Shown here piece after piece: positions 23,625-37,319 of a stretch of 64,000 nt of DNA. A program made the position numbers and the translations under genes. The number at the start of each line of letters is the position of its first letter. Position 1 is the first letter of the stretch. This DNA is from Antedon mediterranea (Eukaryota > Animalia > Echinodermata): positions 15,481,881 through 15,545,880 of the forward strand of contig NC_092678.1 in the NCBI RefSeq assembly GCF_964355755.1. Reading direction: 5' to 3'. The notes beneath the pieces are model-generated. The model saw only the letters and a program-made list of their open reading frames with translations. It was not told where the DNA came from and did no database searches.

Positions 23625-24975
23625 GCTAGCATTGCGGCCGGGTATAATTACCGTCAGGATATTATTTGTCAATATAGAAATTGTGTTTATGGATATGAGT
23701 TGGTCACTCCAACCTTAGGAAGTAAGGCCCCCGACCCGGAATATGCATAGTATTATAGTTTAGTTATAGGATTGATATGATTTGTTCTATACATTATAGG
23801 CCACGACTTTGTTCTGAAAAAAAAGTGATTGATTGATTCCTTAATTGATTAGCTAAATCAACTAGAGAAGAAAAACTGAAGCAAATCATAATACACATCC
23901 TCAAAACATCTATGTATTTAATCCCCGATACGCTATAATTAATAGAGAATTTCAGACTACTACTACTACTACTACTACTACTACTGATTGTCAAACCAAA
24001 ATAATTGATAATATATCATTATTTCTTAAATTATTAAGTAGAATATAAATAAAAAAGCATATTTTATTGAAGAAAGAACAATATGTAATTAAAACTAAGT
24101 AAGTAAAAAATCGAGCAGAGTTTTTTGTAAGAATATTTCTTTTTCACTGTAGAGCTTCGTTTTTGTTTTAACATCGTGCCTGATACTATACTGCGTATTC
24201 TACAATTTTTCACCACAGTATGAATCCTTTGCATCACCAATACCAATGTATGATACAACACGATTATGGAATTCGCAACGGTAAGATGCCAATGCTACAT
24301 TTTGAAATATAATTTTAATTGGGTGAATAAACTAAAAATTATAGTTTGAATAGCAATAACACGATAATTTTAAATATGTCCCTTTGACTAATTCCAAAAA
24401 AAATAAAAAATAAAAGATTTCGAAAAAACGTGGGTCATTTTGAAGTATCATAATAGTTATTAACTATCACCAAAAATGTTTCGAAAAAAAAAATAATTTA
24501 ACTGAAATACAAACGTGTTTTTGTTAAAAAAATAACTTTGACTTCCAGTCAAAGTTTTCAATCAAAACATATCCCATAATGAAACGCGCTTGTTTGGCTA
24601 CTCTGTATGCATAATCATAAAACTTACTCGTGATCTGTGTGAAAATACCTTCTTAACCGTGACGAATTGTATACAATCCTAATTTAGCATATGCATAATG
24701 CGTACTAATGGTTTCAAATCTTTGTTTACTTTTGCTCGTGACGATTTTCCAGATGAAATGTAATCAAACTAATTTACCTGTTAATTACGTAAACTTGTTG
24801 TTTTTGGCTCGAATTTTCGACTTAAAGTGAATAACTTTAATATTACTTTGATATGGCCACTTTAAATTTAGAATATTTTTACCTTCATTTTTTTGTGTTT
24901 CAAGGGACTATACATCTTTAACTAATTGTATTGTATTTTATTTTAATTTGTTGTGGACGAAACATTACTAATGTA
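23625..24975 (+). repeat. Diverged segmental duplicate of about 62450-63362
   Basis: Collinear shared blocks include GGCCGGGTATAATTACCGTC, TTGGTCACTCC, CCCGGAATATGCATAGT, ATCCCCGATACGCTATA, (CTA)n, AACATCGTGCCTGATACTAT and TTGTGGACGAAACATTACTAATG. Confidence 0.88.
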
Positions 24976-25469
24976 ATTATATTGTACATGTGTTTAGACA
25001 GTACTTCCAGAGTAGGTGTTTTTTTAAAGGTATGTCAACACTATCATAATGTATGGGACAAAACAGTGTGATGTGCCCATATATATTGACACGATGACGT
25101 TATAACACTACCATATTTCGGAATATCACTACCATTATTAGTCGCATGCAACACAACTCTACAGCTCACTATATGTCGGTCGCTTGGTCGGTCGGTTGGT
25201 TGATTGGTCGGCCGGTAAACACTAAATAAAATTTGAGCACGCGACTGCAGCTATGTATATGGCCTTGTTTGGACACATAAAACTTTTTGTTAAACTAGTT
25301 TGATAGTTTAGACAGAGTTTTAGTAATGCGAGCCAAAGGTTACCAAATCTGTTGTTACCATTATCGTTTTAAGAAAATATTTTTGATAATAATAATCAAT
25401 GCTTAGCGCTATTAAGTTAAATACATATTGTCGCATGTTTTTTTTTTATTTTGTGTTGAATTTTTTTTT

Positions 25470-26375
25470 TAAGAAACATTTATATTTTGCCTCCAAGAAG
25501 TATTAATATCTACTGTCAAAAAAAAAAGAAAAAAAGTGTGAATGAATATGAGTTAGTGTTTACCGACCGACCAACCTACCGAAATTGCTAAAAAATTTTA
25601 AAAAATGTTGAACAAGTTTTAAAAACATTTTTATTTGCCTCCAAGTATTATTATCCAGTGTCAAAATAACGAAACAAATATGAATATGCATTTGCTGAAA
25701 ATGTTTAAAAAATATTGAAAAATGTTTTAAAACATTTATATTTGCCTTCAAGTATTAATATCCGGTAGCAAAATAAATAAAAAATATGATTAATAGTTGG
25801 TGTTTACCGACCGACCGACCAACCGACCGAAATTTCTGAAAATGTTAAAAAATGTTCAACAATTTGTAAAAACATTTATATTTTCCTCCAAGTATCAAGT
25901 GTCCAAATAACGAAAAAATATGAATATGAGTTAGTGTTTAGTGACCGACCGACCAACCGACCAAAATTGCTGAAAATGTTACAAAATGTTCAACAATTTT
26001 TAAAAACATTTATATTTGCCTCCAAGTAATAATATCCAGTGTCAAAATAACGAAAAAAATATGATTTTGAGTTAATGTTTACCAACTGACCGACCAACCG
26101 ACCGAAATTGCTGGAAATGTTAATAAATGTTCAACAATTTTTAAAAACATTTATATTTGCCTCCAAGTATTAATATCCAGTGTCAAAATAACGAAACAAT
26201 ATGAATATGAGTTAGTGTTTACCAACCGATCGAAATTGCAAAATGTTAAAAAATGTTGAACAATTTATAAAACATTTATATTTGCCTCCAAGTATTAATA
26301 TCCAGTGTCAAAAAAACGAAAAAAATATGAATACGAGTTATTGTTTACCGACCAACATAGTGAGCTATGGAGTGT
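25470..26375 (+). repeat. Tandem array of about 120-bp units inside a HINE-like element
   Basis: About 7 units of GAGTTAGTGTTTACCGACCGACCAACC..AAATTGCTGAAAATGTT..TTTGCCTCCAAGTATTAATATCCAGTGTC. The array ends in the HINE 3' motif CATAGTGAGCTAT. Confidence 0.8.
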
Positions 26376-26649
26376 CACGTCTATGATGCATTTCATTTTT
26401 ATTTTTTTAGGTTTTTATAAGTATATCATTAATTTTAACAACCTATGACATTTGACATTTTGTCCATAACTAAAATGCACTAATATTTTGTAACGATATA
26501 TTTGAGGAACGCATACCGGTACTTTATGTTAATACTATCTTTTTGAAAATTATCAGAATACAAATTGAAATCATTTTATTTTCTTTCGTTTTGAAGATTT
26601 TATATTTTCTTTCACTTCACAGTCACTTCCACTTCTTCTCTAACTATGA

Positions 26650-26838
26650 ACTTAGTAGATGCTTAATTTTGTTTAACGTACGTAGAAGCAATTTGTAAAC
26701 GTACGGAGATACTACATTTTCAAACGTACGTAGAAGCAATTTGTTACCGTACGCAGATGCAATTTTTAAACGTACGCAGATGCTTAATTTTTAAACGTAC
26801 GCAGATGCTTAATTTTTAAACGTACGTAGATACTTAAT
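26650..26838 (+). repeat. Minisatellite of about 25 bp (TTTTAAACGTACGYAGATRCTTAAT), resuming at 30311-30390
   Basis: The same unit occurs on both sides of the 26839-30310 insertion. Confidence 0.85.
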
Positions 26839-27634
26839 CATTAGGCGCAGGAGCCCCGGATAGCGTTACGAAGTCGTTAACTCTGTCAGCCCATGGTCAA
26901 CCCAACTAATGTGTTTTTCCCAAGGACAACTTATCAATAACTAAACTTTGTCACCACCCATAAGTGTGCTGTTCATTTCCTATTGACCAATGAACACCAA
27001 TGTAACTGGACCTGAGTTTCTTGCTATTCGACCTTGGGTGCAAATTATACAATTAATTGATGTTAAGGCCACTGACTACTCTTTTCTGTATAGAAACACT
27101 GAATTGACTGAATAATAAGAAAACCCTACAATAATTTCTACTACTACTTGATATGGTGTTATACAAGAACTATATTAAAAGAATTGAATGTCTGGAGAAT
27201 GAAAAGTTAAACGTTATAACTTATATGTAAAACATCACTTAGATGATATCTATCAGATATATCATTTTCTAAAAATTGTTTCATTAGTTAGAATAGATCA
27301 CGGAATACCAATACTGATCTGGACTCGGAAATTCAAAATGTAGCAGGCAACGTTTCACCAATGAAAACTTTCAAGACAAACAAAGTATCATAATTATCAT
27401 GATATCCATTTTTATTTTATAACGATAAATGGATATAAATATTTCGTCTTTTTTGTTATTTTGTGATGGAAAATATATTGAGTGAACATTGGCACTGAGC
27501 TTAAATGTTCCCCGTCCCCTTAATGTCCGCTTTATAGGAGTGTCCCCTCAGTAAGGATTTGCTGTTTTGCCCCTTAATAATAAATTATGATGTCCATCTT
27601 ATCCTCTCAATTTTAATGTGCTACACCCGATAAT

Positions 27635-27790
27635 AGAATACACATCTAGCTCGTGTGTACTTTAAAGAACCTAGTACATCTTTCGAGACGAGTGGGGGGT
27701 TACCCCGGTGTATTATCACAGCCACTGATCACCAACTGGGCCCTCTGGGAGACCAGTCTTTGATTGAAGAGGTTACCCATTATAAATATA
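27635..27790 (+). mobile_element. SINE 3' fragment (same family as 36646-36930)
   Basis: Shares TACACATCTAGCTC, GAACCTAGTACATC, TGGGAGACCAGT and TGAAGAGGT.ACCCA with the full-length copy. Confidence 0.7.
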
Positions 27791-27829
27791 TATTTCAATT
27801 CAATAGAATAACTGTACAGTAGGCTCCCA

Positions 27830-29275
27830 TTTGATGCAATGTGTTACCCAATGTGCTCAATTTGATTGTGCTACCCAAATCCATGCTATCCATTTGAAAT
27901 AATTTGCTATCCATTTGAAATAATTTGCTATCCAAAAGAATGTGCTACCCGATAATCCGTATAGAATAATGTACAGTACAATTACATATATCCATTTGAT
28001 TGTGCTACCTAATGTGCTATCCATTTGAAATAATGTGCTATCCATTTGAAAGAATGTGCTATCCATTTGAAAGAATGTGCTACCCGATAGTCCGTATAGA
28101 ATAATGTACAGTACAGTACTATATCCATTTGATTGTGCTACCCAATGTGCTATCCATTTGAAAGAATGTGCTATCCATTTGAAAGAATGTGCTACCCGAT
28201 AATCCGTATAGAATAATGTACAGTACTATATCCATTTGATTGTGCTACCTAATGTGCTATCCATTTGAAAGAATGTGCTACCCGATAATCCGTATAGAAT
28301 AATGTACAGTACAATTACATATATTCATTTGATTGTGCTACCTAATGTGCTATCCATTTGAAATAATGTGCTATCCATTTGAAAGAATGTGCTATCCATT
28401 TGAAAGAATGTGCTACCCGATAATCCGTATAGAATAATGTACAGTAACAGTACTATATCCATTTGATTGTGCTACCCAATGTGCTATCCATTTGAAAGAA
28501 TGTGCTATCCATTTGAAAGAATGTGCTACCCGATAATCCGTATAGAATAATGTACAGTACTATATCCATTTGATTGTGCTACCTAATGTGCTATCCATTT
28601 GAAAGAATGTGCTACCCGATAATCCGTATAGAATAATGTACAGTACTATATCCATTTGATTGTGCTACCTAATGTGCTATCCATTTGAAAGAATGTGCTA
28701 CCCGATAATCCTTATAGAATAATGTACAGTACTATATCCATTTGACTGTGCTACCTAATGTGCTATCCATTTAAAAGAATGTGCTACCCGATAATCCGTA
28801 GGCTATAGAATAATGTACAGTACAATTATATCCATTCGATTGTGCTACCTAATGTGCTATCCATTTGAAATAATGTGCTACCCGATAATCCTTATAGACT
28901 AATGTACAGTACTATATCTATTTGATTGTGTTACCCAATGTGCTATCCATTTGAAATAATGTGCTATCCATTTGAAATAATGTGCTATCCATTTGAAAGA
29001 ATGTGCTATCCATTTGAAATAGGCCTAATGTGCTATCTATTTGAAAGAATGTGCTACCCGATAATCATAGAATAATGTACAGTACTATATCCATTTGATT
29101 GTGCTACCTAATGTGCTATCCATTTGAAATAATGTGCTATCCATTTGAAAGAATGTGCTACCCGATAATCCGTATAGAATGCACAGTACAGTTATATCAT
29201 AGTTATATCCATTTGATTGAGCTATCTATTGTGCTATCCGTTTGAACTAATGTGCTGTCTGTTTGAAATAATTCA
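27830..29275 (+). repeat. Complex satellite with higher-order structure
   Basis: The 21-bp unit TGTGCTATCCATTTGAAAGAA alternates with TGTGCTACCCGATAATCCGTATAGAATAATGTACAGTAC and TGTGCTACCTAA in superunits of roughly 85-110 bp. Confidence 0.92.
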
Positions 29276-30682
29276 GGGTTTTTTTTTAAAATATGTTTTG
29301 CTATCCATTTTAAACGTGCTAAACAAGTTACATATTTGTTGATATAAATTTGCGGTACACCACGTAGGCCTATATTAGTTCTGAAAAGAACTGTTGAGTT
29401 GCTTGACGTTTCGATTTAGGCCTACTCCAAAGTCAAAGTCTCCAAAGCTATTCCATCATGCCGTATTCGGGGAATCGCCCACAAGTGTTTTCTCAGAGAA
29501 GGGTATGTTCTGTATGGGGTTCTGTATGCTATTTTTTAATAATGTACAAAAAATGAAATGAAAAATCATATTAATTATCGGTATGTACGGAGGAAGCTCG
29601 AACAAGACGAAGCGCGAAACAAATAAAAGCGCAGCGCGAAACATCTGAAATGATATACAATTTCTCAAAACATGAAAACACAGAATATATTATATTAATA
29701 TAACTTTTTAATATTTCCAAAGGCTCGGACAAAGAAGAAGGGCCTTAAAAAACTGAATTGCTATATGTTAGACCACATTTCCATAACTTTTCAAAACTCA
29801 TCGAACCCTCTGCTAGTAGGCCTAATTAATATAGGAGCGTATCGCCAAATCATTAGAGAAAAAAAAACATGGCATGAAGATGTAATTAATCAAACAACGG
29901 CCAAAGAATACCAACAATTTTAATTTAGGTTTCGATTCGTAATTACTAATGTGGTGGACTAAGCCTAGTTTGAAACTATAGTGACCATTTATTTTAGAAA
30001 GAAAGATAGAGAAATTTGTTTCCATCTCCATGTTATTGTTAATACCAAGGCACTTTTCAATTAAAAATTCTGGCCTAGTATTCTTGCAAGGTCGTCACAG
30101 CTCCAGTTACAAAGGTCGTCACAGCTCCAGTTACAAACGGTGATACAAAGTGTCAATCATTTGACCAGTGAACAGCCCACTGGTAGGATAGTCCTTGAAA
30201 CCGTCCGTAAAACACATTAATCACTCACATCAGTCATGCCGCTAATGGTTGAAAACCTCACTTTTTGGGGTTTTCAAACGTAACGCTATCCGGGGCTCCT
30301 GCGCCTAATGTGTTTAAACGTACATAGATACTTAATGTTTAAACGTACGTAGATGCATGATTAAACGTACGTAGATACTTAATTTTTAAAGTATCCATGC
30401 CAATTTCGTATCCTATTCCATTTTCCCAATTTTTGTTATGTTTGTATTACATATTACTTTCTTCTTCGATCTTATAGAATTAAAATTTATAAAAATGTAT
30501 TAAAACTTATAATTGTTATATAAAAGCAAGTGCAGAACCGTCTTTTTAACGTTCTGTCTTTGCGCGCGCAACATAAACCAGTTGCAAAACGTTTACTCAA
30601 CACTAATTCATTATTTAAATAAACTTATAGTCTGCGCTACGTGGAATACAATGATAAAACAATTATTCTCTTCTTTCAATAG

Positions 30683-31802
30683 GCCTACGATTGAAGTTCC
30701 AAAATGCAGCCCAAGACAAACTATAGTTTTCCTAAAGACTCACAAGACGGGTGGTACAACTCTTGCAAGACTCATTGAGTTGTACGGATACAAACATTCA
30801 CTAACTTTCGTGAGGAAAATAGGACAAAGGGGATCAATTCATTTCGGTAATCGAAATTTTGAGTACAAATCTTATAAGATGTTTCTACCACCTCCCAATG
30901 TAACTAAGGGAGATTACTCAAACTATAAATACAATATATTTGCATTGCATGTTCGTTATAATCGATCAGTGTTAAATACATTCATGAAAAAAGATCCTGT
31001 TCACATTACAATAATAAGAGAACCATCGGCACAGTTAGAATCGTCGTTTATGTTTTTCCATTTGGTAAAATACGTTAACAGCACACCAGAAGGTATTCCG
31101 CCTTTTGAAGCGTTTGTTTCTAACCCGACCAAATATCGTAAAGCCGCGTCTTCTATCATTGGTTATAACGACCAAATATTTGATCTTGGGTTATCTAGGA
31201 AGAGTTTTCGTAATGAAACAATAATAAATAAGACAATAGCTAGACTTGATCAAGATATGGACCTAGTCCTCATAAACGAGTTCTACGACGAATCTTTAGT
31301 GTTACTAAGTAAACTACTTTGCTGGAGTCTAGAAGATGTATTATATCTTCCAAGAAATATGAGACCAACATCTAAAAAAAACGCTATGTCTGAGGAGATT
31401 CGTGAGAAAGCTCGAAAACGGAACCATGCCGATACACTGCTGTATAATCATTTTCTAAAACGACTACATGAACGCATAGTTGACTACGGACCATCGTTTG
31501 AAGCAGATCTTTGGCGATTCCGTAATATGACGTCAAAGTTGTGGCGTAAATGCGTCGACGGGCAGGTTACCGGTAAGAAACGTATGAAGTATACAATACG
31601 CAATTCTAGCAAGGAATGCCAATATCATACAGAAGCACCACAACAGATGAACAAACGAATTAGAAAGATGATGCTAAACGGGACAATTCCCTTGAACGGA
31701 AGAATCCCCCTGAACGGGACAATCCCCCTGAACGGGACAATCGTTAACAAGAAAAAAATGAGGAGAAGAAGAAGAAGAAGAAGAAAAACCATAAAAATAT
31801 AA
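30683..31802 (+). CDS. Galactose-3-O-sulfotransferase family protein (GAL3ST-like), catalytic terminal exon
   Basis: 5'-PSB motif IVFLKTHKTGGTT, 3'-PB motif TIIREPSAQLESSF, then YNDQIFDLG, LVLINEFYDESLVLLSKLLCWSLEDV and NHADTLLYNHF. Acceptor TTCTCTTCTTTCAATAG ends at 30682. The upstream transmembrane exon was not identified. Confidence 0.92.
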
Positions 31803-34800
31803 ATATTTAGGTGTTCGGTTACGAGACAATTTAAAATGGAATGTTAACACAAATATGATTAGCATGTCAATCAATGAATATTCTACCACAAATATAAATG
31901 TGTTGTAATACAATATTGTATAAGTATGCACGTGCTAGTATGCTAGTACTGTTGTAGCAAAGATAGCACAGCGGCATGTTCTCTCTATTGTTCTCTTTCT
32001 CCCTCATGATCTTGGTGTATATCTGTATTTATAGTAGTAATCGTAGTAAATAATAATAATAGTACTAATATAGATTTAGCCTACTATATTCTTGTACTTC
32101 CTTTCTTATAAGGTTACATACTTAATAAAAGAAAAAATACAAACAAAATACATAACTCACTTTGACTGATTCATTGTGCATAGTTTTATAACAAGTACAA
32201 ACTTAAAGTGCTTGTGTAAAGCAAGACAATTTAACATTTTTTTGAGAGTGAAAACATTTTCCGCCGTTTAAGACACCTCCGAGTTTGTTTGTGATGGTTA
32301 CTAAAAAGTGTTGCCAAGATATTATAATAATGGGTATATCTTATGCGCGTGTGCGTATATCTTATGCGCGTATGCATATCAGCAGCGAGTAACAACCAAC
32401 GTGTTCCACAGCAGATAGGTCAAATTTTTTCAGACTGTCTAACAAAATGTCAAATTGTTTAATTTTAATCCCATCGGTAGTAATTTTGAAGTAGAATATG
32501 CAAATGATCAATGATGAACAACATACTATGATATTAAAGACACGTTCCTACGTTTTTACAATCTAATTTAAGATCAGTAACTGCTTTTTATGTCAAATTA
32601 AATACTATGGATTATTTAAAATATTTTTCTTTGTCATTTAGGGAGTTTTCGCAATTAACACGAATACGCTTTACGAATATGAAATGGGGATCAGCTCAAA
32701 AGTTTCACAAATGTGTGACGTATCCGTTTTCGTTTTCGTAAGGTTGCGAAAACTCCCTATTAATAATACCAAATACCAGCATGTATTGCGTGCGGATTGG
32801 TATTTTCGTTTTCCTTCTGCGATTAACCCACTTTTGATTGATCGTGAAGGCTAAACAAATGGAAGAATCATATATTTTCAGTAAAAATACCAGGTTTTCC
32901 CCAATTTGTATTAACAGATTATGCAAATAACTTTGCGTAATCCAAAAAAGGTTATTTCATTACAGTAAAGTTAAAATAAAATTATTTTATTGAACAGATA
33001 ATGTAATTAGCTATTAATCAACATTATTTTCAACAAAATACATCAAATATTTATTAAGTTATGGACAATAAAGTGCATCACTATAAAATGGCGGCCATTT
33101 TGACGCCATCTTGGATTTCAAGGTGACCGCAGTAAATTTGCAACGGCACACCTCATGATTATTTTGTCTCAGGGTATTAGCTAACAAAAAAAGTTGGTGT
33201 GCTGAGTGTGTAGAAACATGGCAATGGGACCTCTCTACAAGCTATTGGACCTCCGCTTAAAAGTAATTTACTAAAATGCTAGGTTGATTTTGAAAAATAG
33301 CACTTTGCTGTTACGCTAGGCTAAGGCAGCCAAGCAACACATACCTGCACTTTGTTAAAATTTACCTCAGTATTTTGGACGGCAGACTCAATAAATATAG
33401 ATTTATTGAAAGTAATTTACTAAAAGTAATTTACCAAAACGCTAGGTCAATTTTGAAAAATAGCGCTTTGTTGTAATACAAGCCAAGCAACACATACTTT
33501 TGGACGGCGGCTTCAATATTTTGTTACCATGCGAAACAGATTTTTACTGGCTTAAACGAATACGTGTGCATGTGCGTATCCGTTTTTTTTATCATATTCG
33601 TAGAGTTACGAAACCTCTCTATTGTCTTTAAGTAAACAAATTCAATGGTAAGAAAGAAGAAAACTATTATAATATCAAAATATTTAAACTTTTTCCTCCA
33701 ACTCATTGATAGGTTTCAAAATGTGGGTAAAATAACTACCCTCTACTGACAGTGGTTTAAAAATGTCAATGAAACAGTTTTATTACAGAGAAAACTAATG
33801 AATCAGTATAGGACTACATTCTTATTGATAAATATCTTTGATTTACAGCCACATTTTTTTAGTTTTCTTCACTTCACTTCTTTGCTTGAGCTTGCGCTGC
33901 TTTCTTAGCTTTTATCAATTCCACAATTTCCTAATATAAATAGAAAAAAAATTAAAAAAATATTAAAATAATTTTTTTTTTTTTTATTATTTTCTATTCC
34001 CTCGGAAAGTTTGTTTCCGACAAAAAAACGTCATAAATAAACAAAGCATTGTCTCACTCTTTCTAGATATAAGTACAGTATGTGGATTAATATTGTAAGG
34101 TGATGTTAGATCTGTATGAAGCACTTTTTACTAATATATTTTTTAAACTTCAACATACTACTATACAAGATTTATTCTAAAATCACCTTGTAACACTCAC
34201 ACTACTTCTATGTTAGCCTTAACGGTCAAAAATGTGTTTCATACAAATTGTATAGAATAAATTAGGTTGATAGACTTTTAAAGATGGAAGAGAATGTCGG
34301 CCCAAACTATTGTTTAAAAATACTTTTAGATATAATATCAGAAAACCTTAATGATTTACACTCAAAATATAGATTTGTGTGAATATATTAGATGAATGTA
34401 TTATTATTGATGTTATGATATTGAAAATGACAAAAACACAGAATGGGCAGCTCATATAAAGCACCAATAAGAGATCGATCAATTTCCAACTGGAATAAAA
34501 ATAAATAATTAATAATAATTCAAGCTTACATAGAAATAAAAAATAAACTTTTTTTTTTAAATTACTTATTAGAAGAAATCTAAAAAAAAAAAAGTTTTAT
34601 TCTTGAAAATGACCATGTTTGTTGTGAATTGACCGATCTCGATCTCAAGAGCTATCTCATAAATAGACTTTTTGTGTTTGTGTAAAACTTAGATTTTCAC
34701 TGTATAAATATTGTAATGTTGACTTAGAGAAATGGGGATTTGTAGAGCTTAGATTGGGGGCGGGGGTTGTGGAAGTTGGTGGGCTGTACATAGTAGGGCA

Positions 34801-35883
34801 CAGCTTGGTTGTCATTTTTATTAATAATTTTATAAATGTTATTGTTAACTTTGTTGCATTGTAATGTGGTTGTTGGTAAACATTATAGTTTAAGTGAACG
34901 CACCTTCATGTTGAAGTGTGCAGCTGTTACAAAAGTGTATGTTTAATGCATTTTTATTATTATAGTAGACATTAAAACAATATTAAAGGTACAGTATTTG
35001 CTTGGTTTGTTATTGGTTAAATTACCCGATATTTGTCTATTTTACTACTATTCGTCTTTAATTCACGTATCGCGACCAGTGACGATCAGTTTGATGTTAA
35101 AAAATAAATGTTCTAGGTTCCGTTCCAGTGTTGAAATAAGCACTAGCACACTGGTTCCAATCAGGTTCGTTCATAAGTAGCTCAAAAAATGCTTTTGTGT
35201 GACTAGTTCCACTCAGTTGCTGTGTCAAAATAACCCACGCTTACCGGTATGAGCAATTATGTGAAATCTGTACCTACCTTGTATCTCTTCATACATTCTT
35301 TCTTCGTTCTACTTGGCACAGCTTCGGCTATTTTATCCCATCTGTCCGCACCATAATCTTTAGAGTAAGATTTTAATGCTTGTTCTAAACTTTTCTGCTC
35401 TTCACTAGTCCAAGCTTTTGGAAGATCAGCTTCGAAATAAACCAAAAATAATATAGGTCACATGATATTTGTTGCTGCTGAATGCTAATAGGGACTTTTA
35501 TGAACTATTATGTACAAAGGACCAACGGCTTTGGGTGATGCAATGAAAGTAAAACATCTTGCTTGATGCAACCAGTATGGTACAGATACCTATCACAGGC
35601 TAGTCCAATATTACCATTATACCATCACTCTCTGGTATATACAGCAACCACCACAATTCCCAGACGTTCCCATGCAGAATGATACCAGGTCCAATACTAG
35701 GCTTCGGCAATCTGACGAGAACCGGTGTTTCAACGAATTATGACTGTATAAAAAAATGTATGATGTCCCACCATCTTAGTTGACCTAAGAGATCTTTTAA
35801 ACACTGAAGATCTTTTCAATGTTTATTTATTAGTTGCATATGTATTATGGTATTGGTCATGAACTGATTTATATATTAACATT

Positions 35884-35987
35884 AAGCTCTGTCTGCACTA
35901 TCAAACTTTATGTGACAAAAACAATGTGATGACATATCCATATACCATATTTGGGCATATCATATTTGATTGTGTAGACAGAGCTAA
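35884..35987. mobile_element. MITE, PIF/Harbinger-like TIRs (short copy)
   Basis: AGCTCTGTCTGCACTATCAAA ... TTTGATTGTGTAGACAGAGCT; same family as 38499-38668. Confidence 0.65.
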
Positions 35988-36645
35988 GTTAAAATTTAAA
36001 GTTATAATACTCACCATCAGAACGTTCAGAGGGATTTGAAATGTCTGCCTTTTTAGTCTTCTGCACCGACTGCTCAAACTTCTCAAACGCATTCTTGTTA
36101 GCCATTTGTTTCATATCTAACAAATTTGGGGAAAAAATAAAACTCTAATGTAATAACATTATATACTGTGAAAATCAACATATACAATTCATTTCAGTCC
36201 TTGACTGTCGTTTTGTAATATATTTTTATATACCGAATAAATAAATAAATTATTCGGAACAAAAACTGGCCTCTCATCTTATTTTTGTACAATTTTCTGG
36301 AAAATTCGCATTATGCAAACCTGGTTACAACTTGATACATTTTGCAGATGTGAAAAGAGTATAAGTTACCAACCAATTTTAAAAATCAATAAATCAATTA
36401 ATTGATTATTAAATCAAACAAATAATTAATCAATCAATCAATAATCTAATTAATCCATACACCATATTAATCTAGGAACAGTTAATAATTCAATAAAATT
36501 GTAATATGATCAATTAATCAATGCACTCAATAGTAAATTATCAATACAAAACAGTCAATCAAAATCAGTCAGCTATCAAGTCAAACGATCAACCAAACGT
36601 ACACAATAATATTACCCATAATGCAATACATCATAAAAACTATGC

Positions 36646-36930
36646 ATAGTTAGTGGCCGAGCGGTTAAGACAGTGGAACCGTAATATGTAGCCGTAACAT
36701 CAGCAAGGGTTCGAGGCTCAGTCGATCTATGGTTCTGGTGGTAGAATGAGTCTTACAAGGAATGTTGGTCCAGTGTACACATCTAGCTCATGTGAACCTA
36801 GTACATCCTTCGAGATGAGTAGAGGGGGGGCGGTTACACCGGTGTGGTGTACTAGTACATCACAGCCATAGCTGGGCCATTTGGGAGACCAGTTTTTGAC
36901 TGAAGAGGTCACCCAGTATAAATAATAAAA
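36646..36930 (+). mobile_element. tRNA-derived SINE in a DNAJC2 intron
   Basis: A box TAGTGGCCGAGCGG, B box GGGTTCGAGGC, an A-rich tail, and a second partial copy at 27635-27790. Confidence 0.75.
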
Positions 36931-37319
36931 AGTTACAACAATACACTTACCAACTTTCTGTAAATTTTTCGCTTTCTTCAAAACATCTTTAGCAACTCTT
37001 GTGACGCCAGAGGTGGAATGTTGATTGATGAAACTGGCTATCACCTCCCACCTACAGGTAATAACAATGTGTAAATAATATGGAGAACAAGAACACAGGA
37101 ATGAGTGATATTTTGCCAAACCTGACATAAAATAAATGTACTCAATGCTTAATTTGTAAATTGTGAGATTGTGGTTAACTATATTTCGCAGTTGTCCTTG
37201 TTTTATTTTATTTTCACAAAACCAACAGTTATCACAAAACTAAACAATTAAATGATGGGAAGCCATGTTTTCAAAACCAAGTCCTTGAGGAACTGAATTC
37301 CTTTTATATCAAGTATACT

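Larger units (their letters stand above)
26839..30310. mobile_element. Non-autonomous TIR element with perfect 32-bp TIRs and no visible TSD
   Basis: CATTAGGCGCAGGAGCCCCGGATAGCGTTACG at 26839-26870 and its exact reverse complement at 30279-30310. Confidence 0.85.

Noticed and set aside
27830-29275. CRISPR-like or coding repeat (ORF 27857-28066)
   Set aside because: The sequences between repeats are themselves repeated, so this is a satellite and the ORF is incidental.
30513-30682. N-terminal 57 codons of the 429-aa ORF
   Set aside because: It starts at TTG, has no transmembrane anchor, and a good splice acceptor lies at 30682. Most likely intronic read-through.
36646-36725. tRNA gene
   Set aside because: A and B boxes are present, but there is no proper cloverleaf and the sequence continues into a body shared with another dispersed copy, so it is a SINE head.
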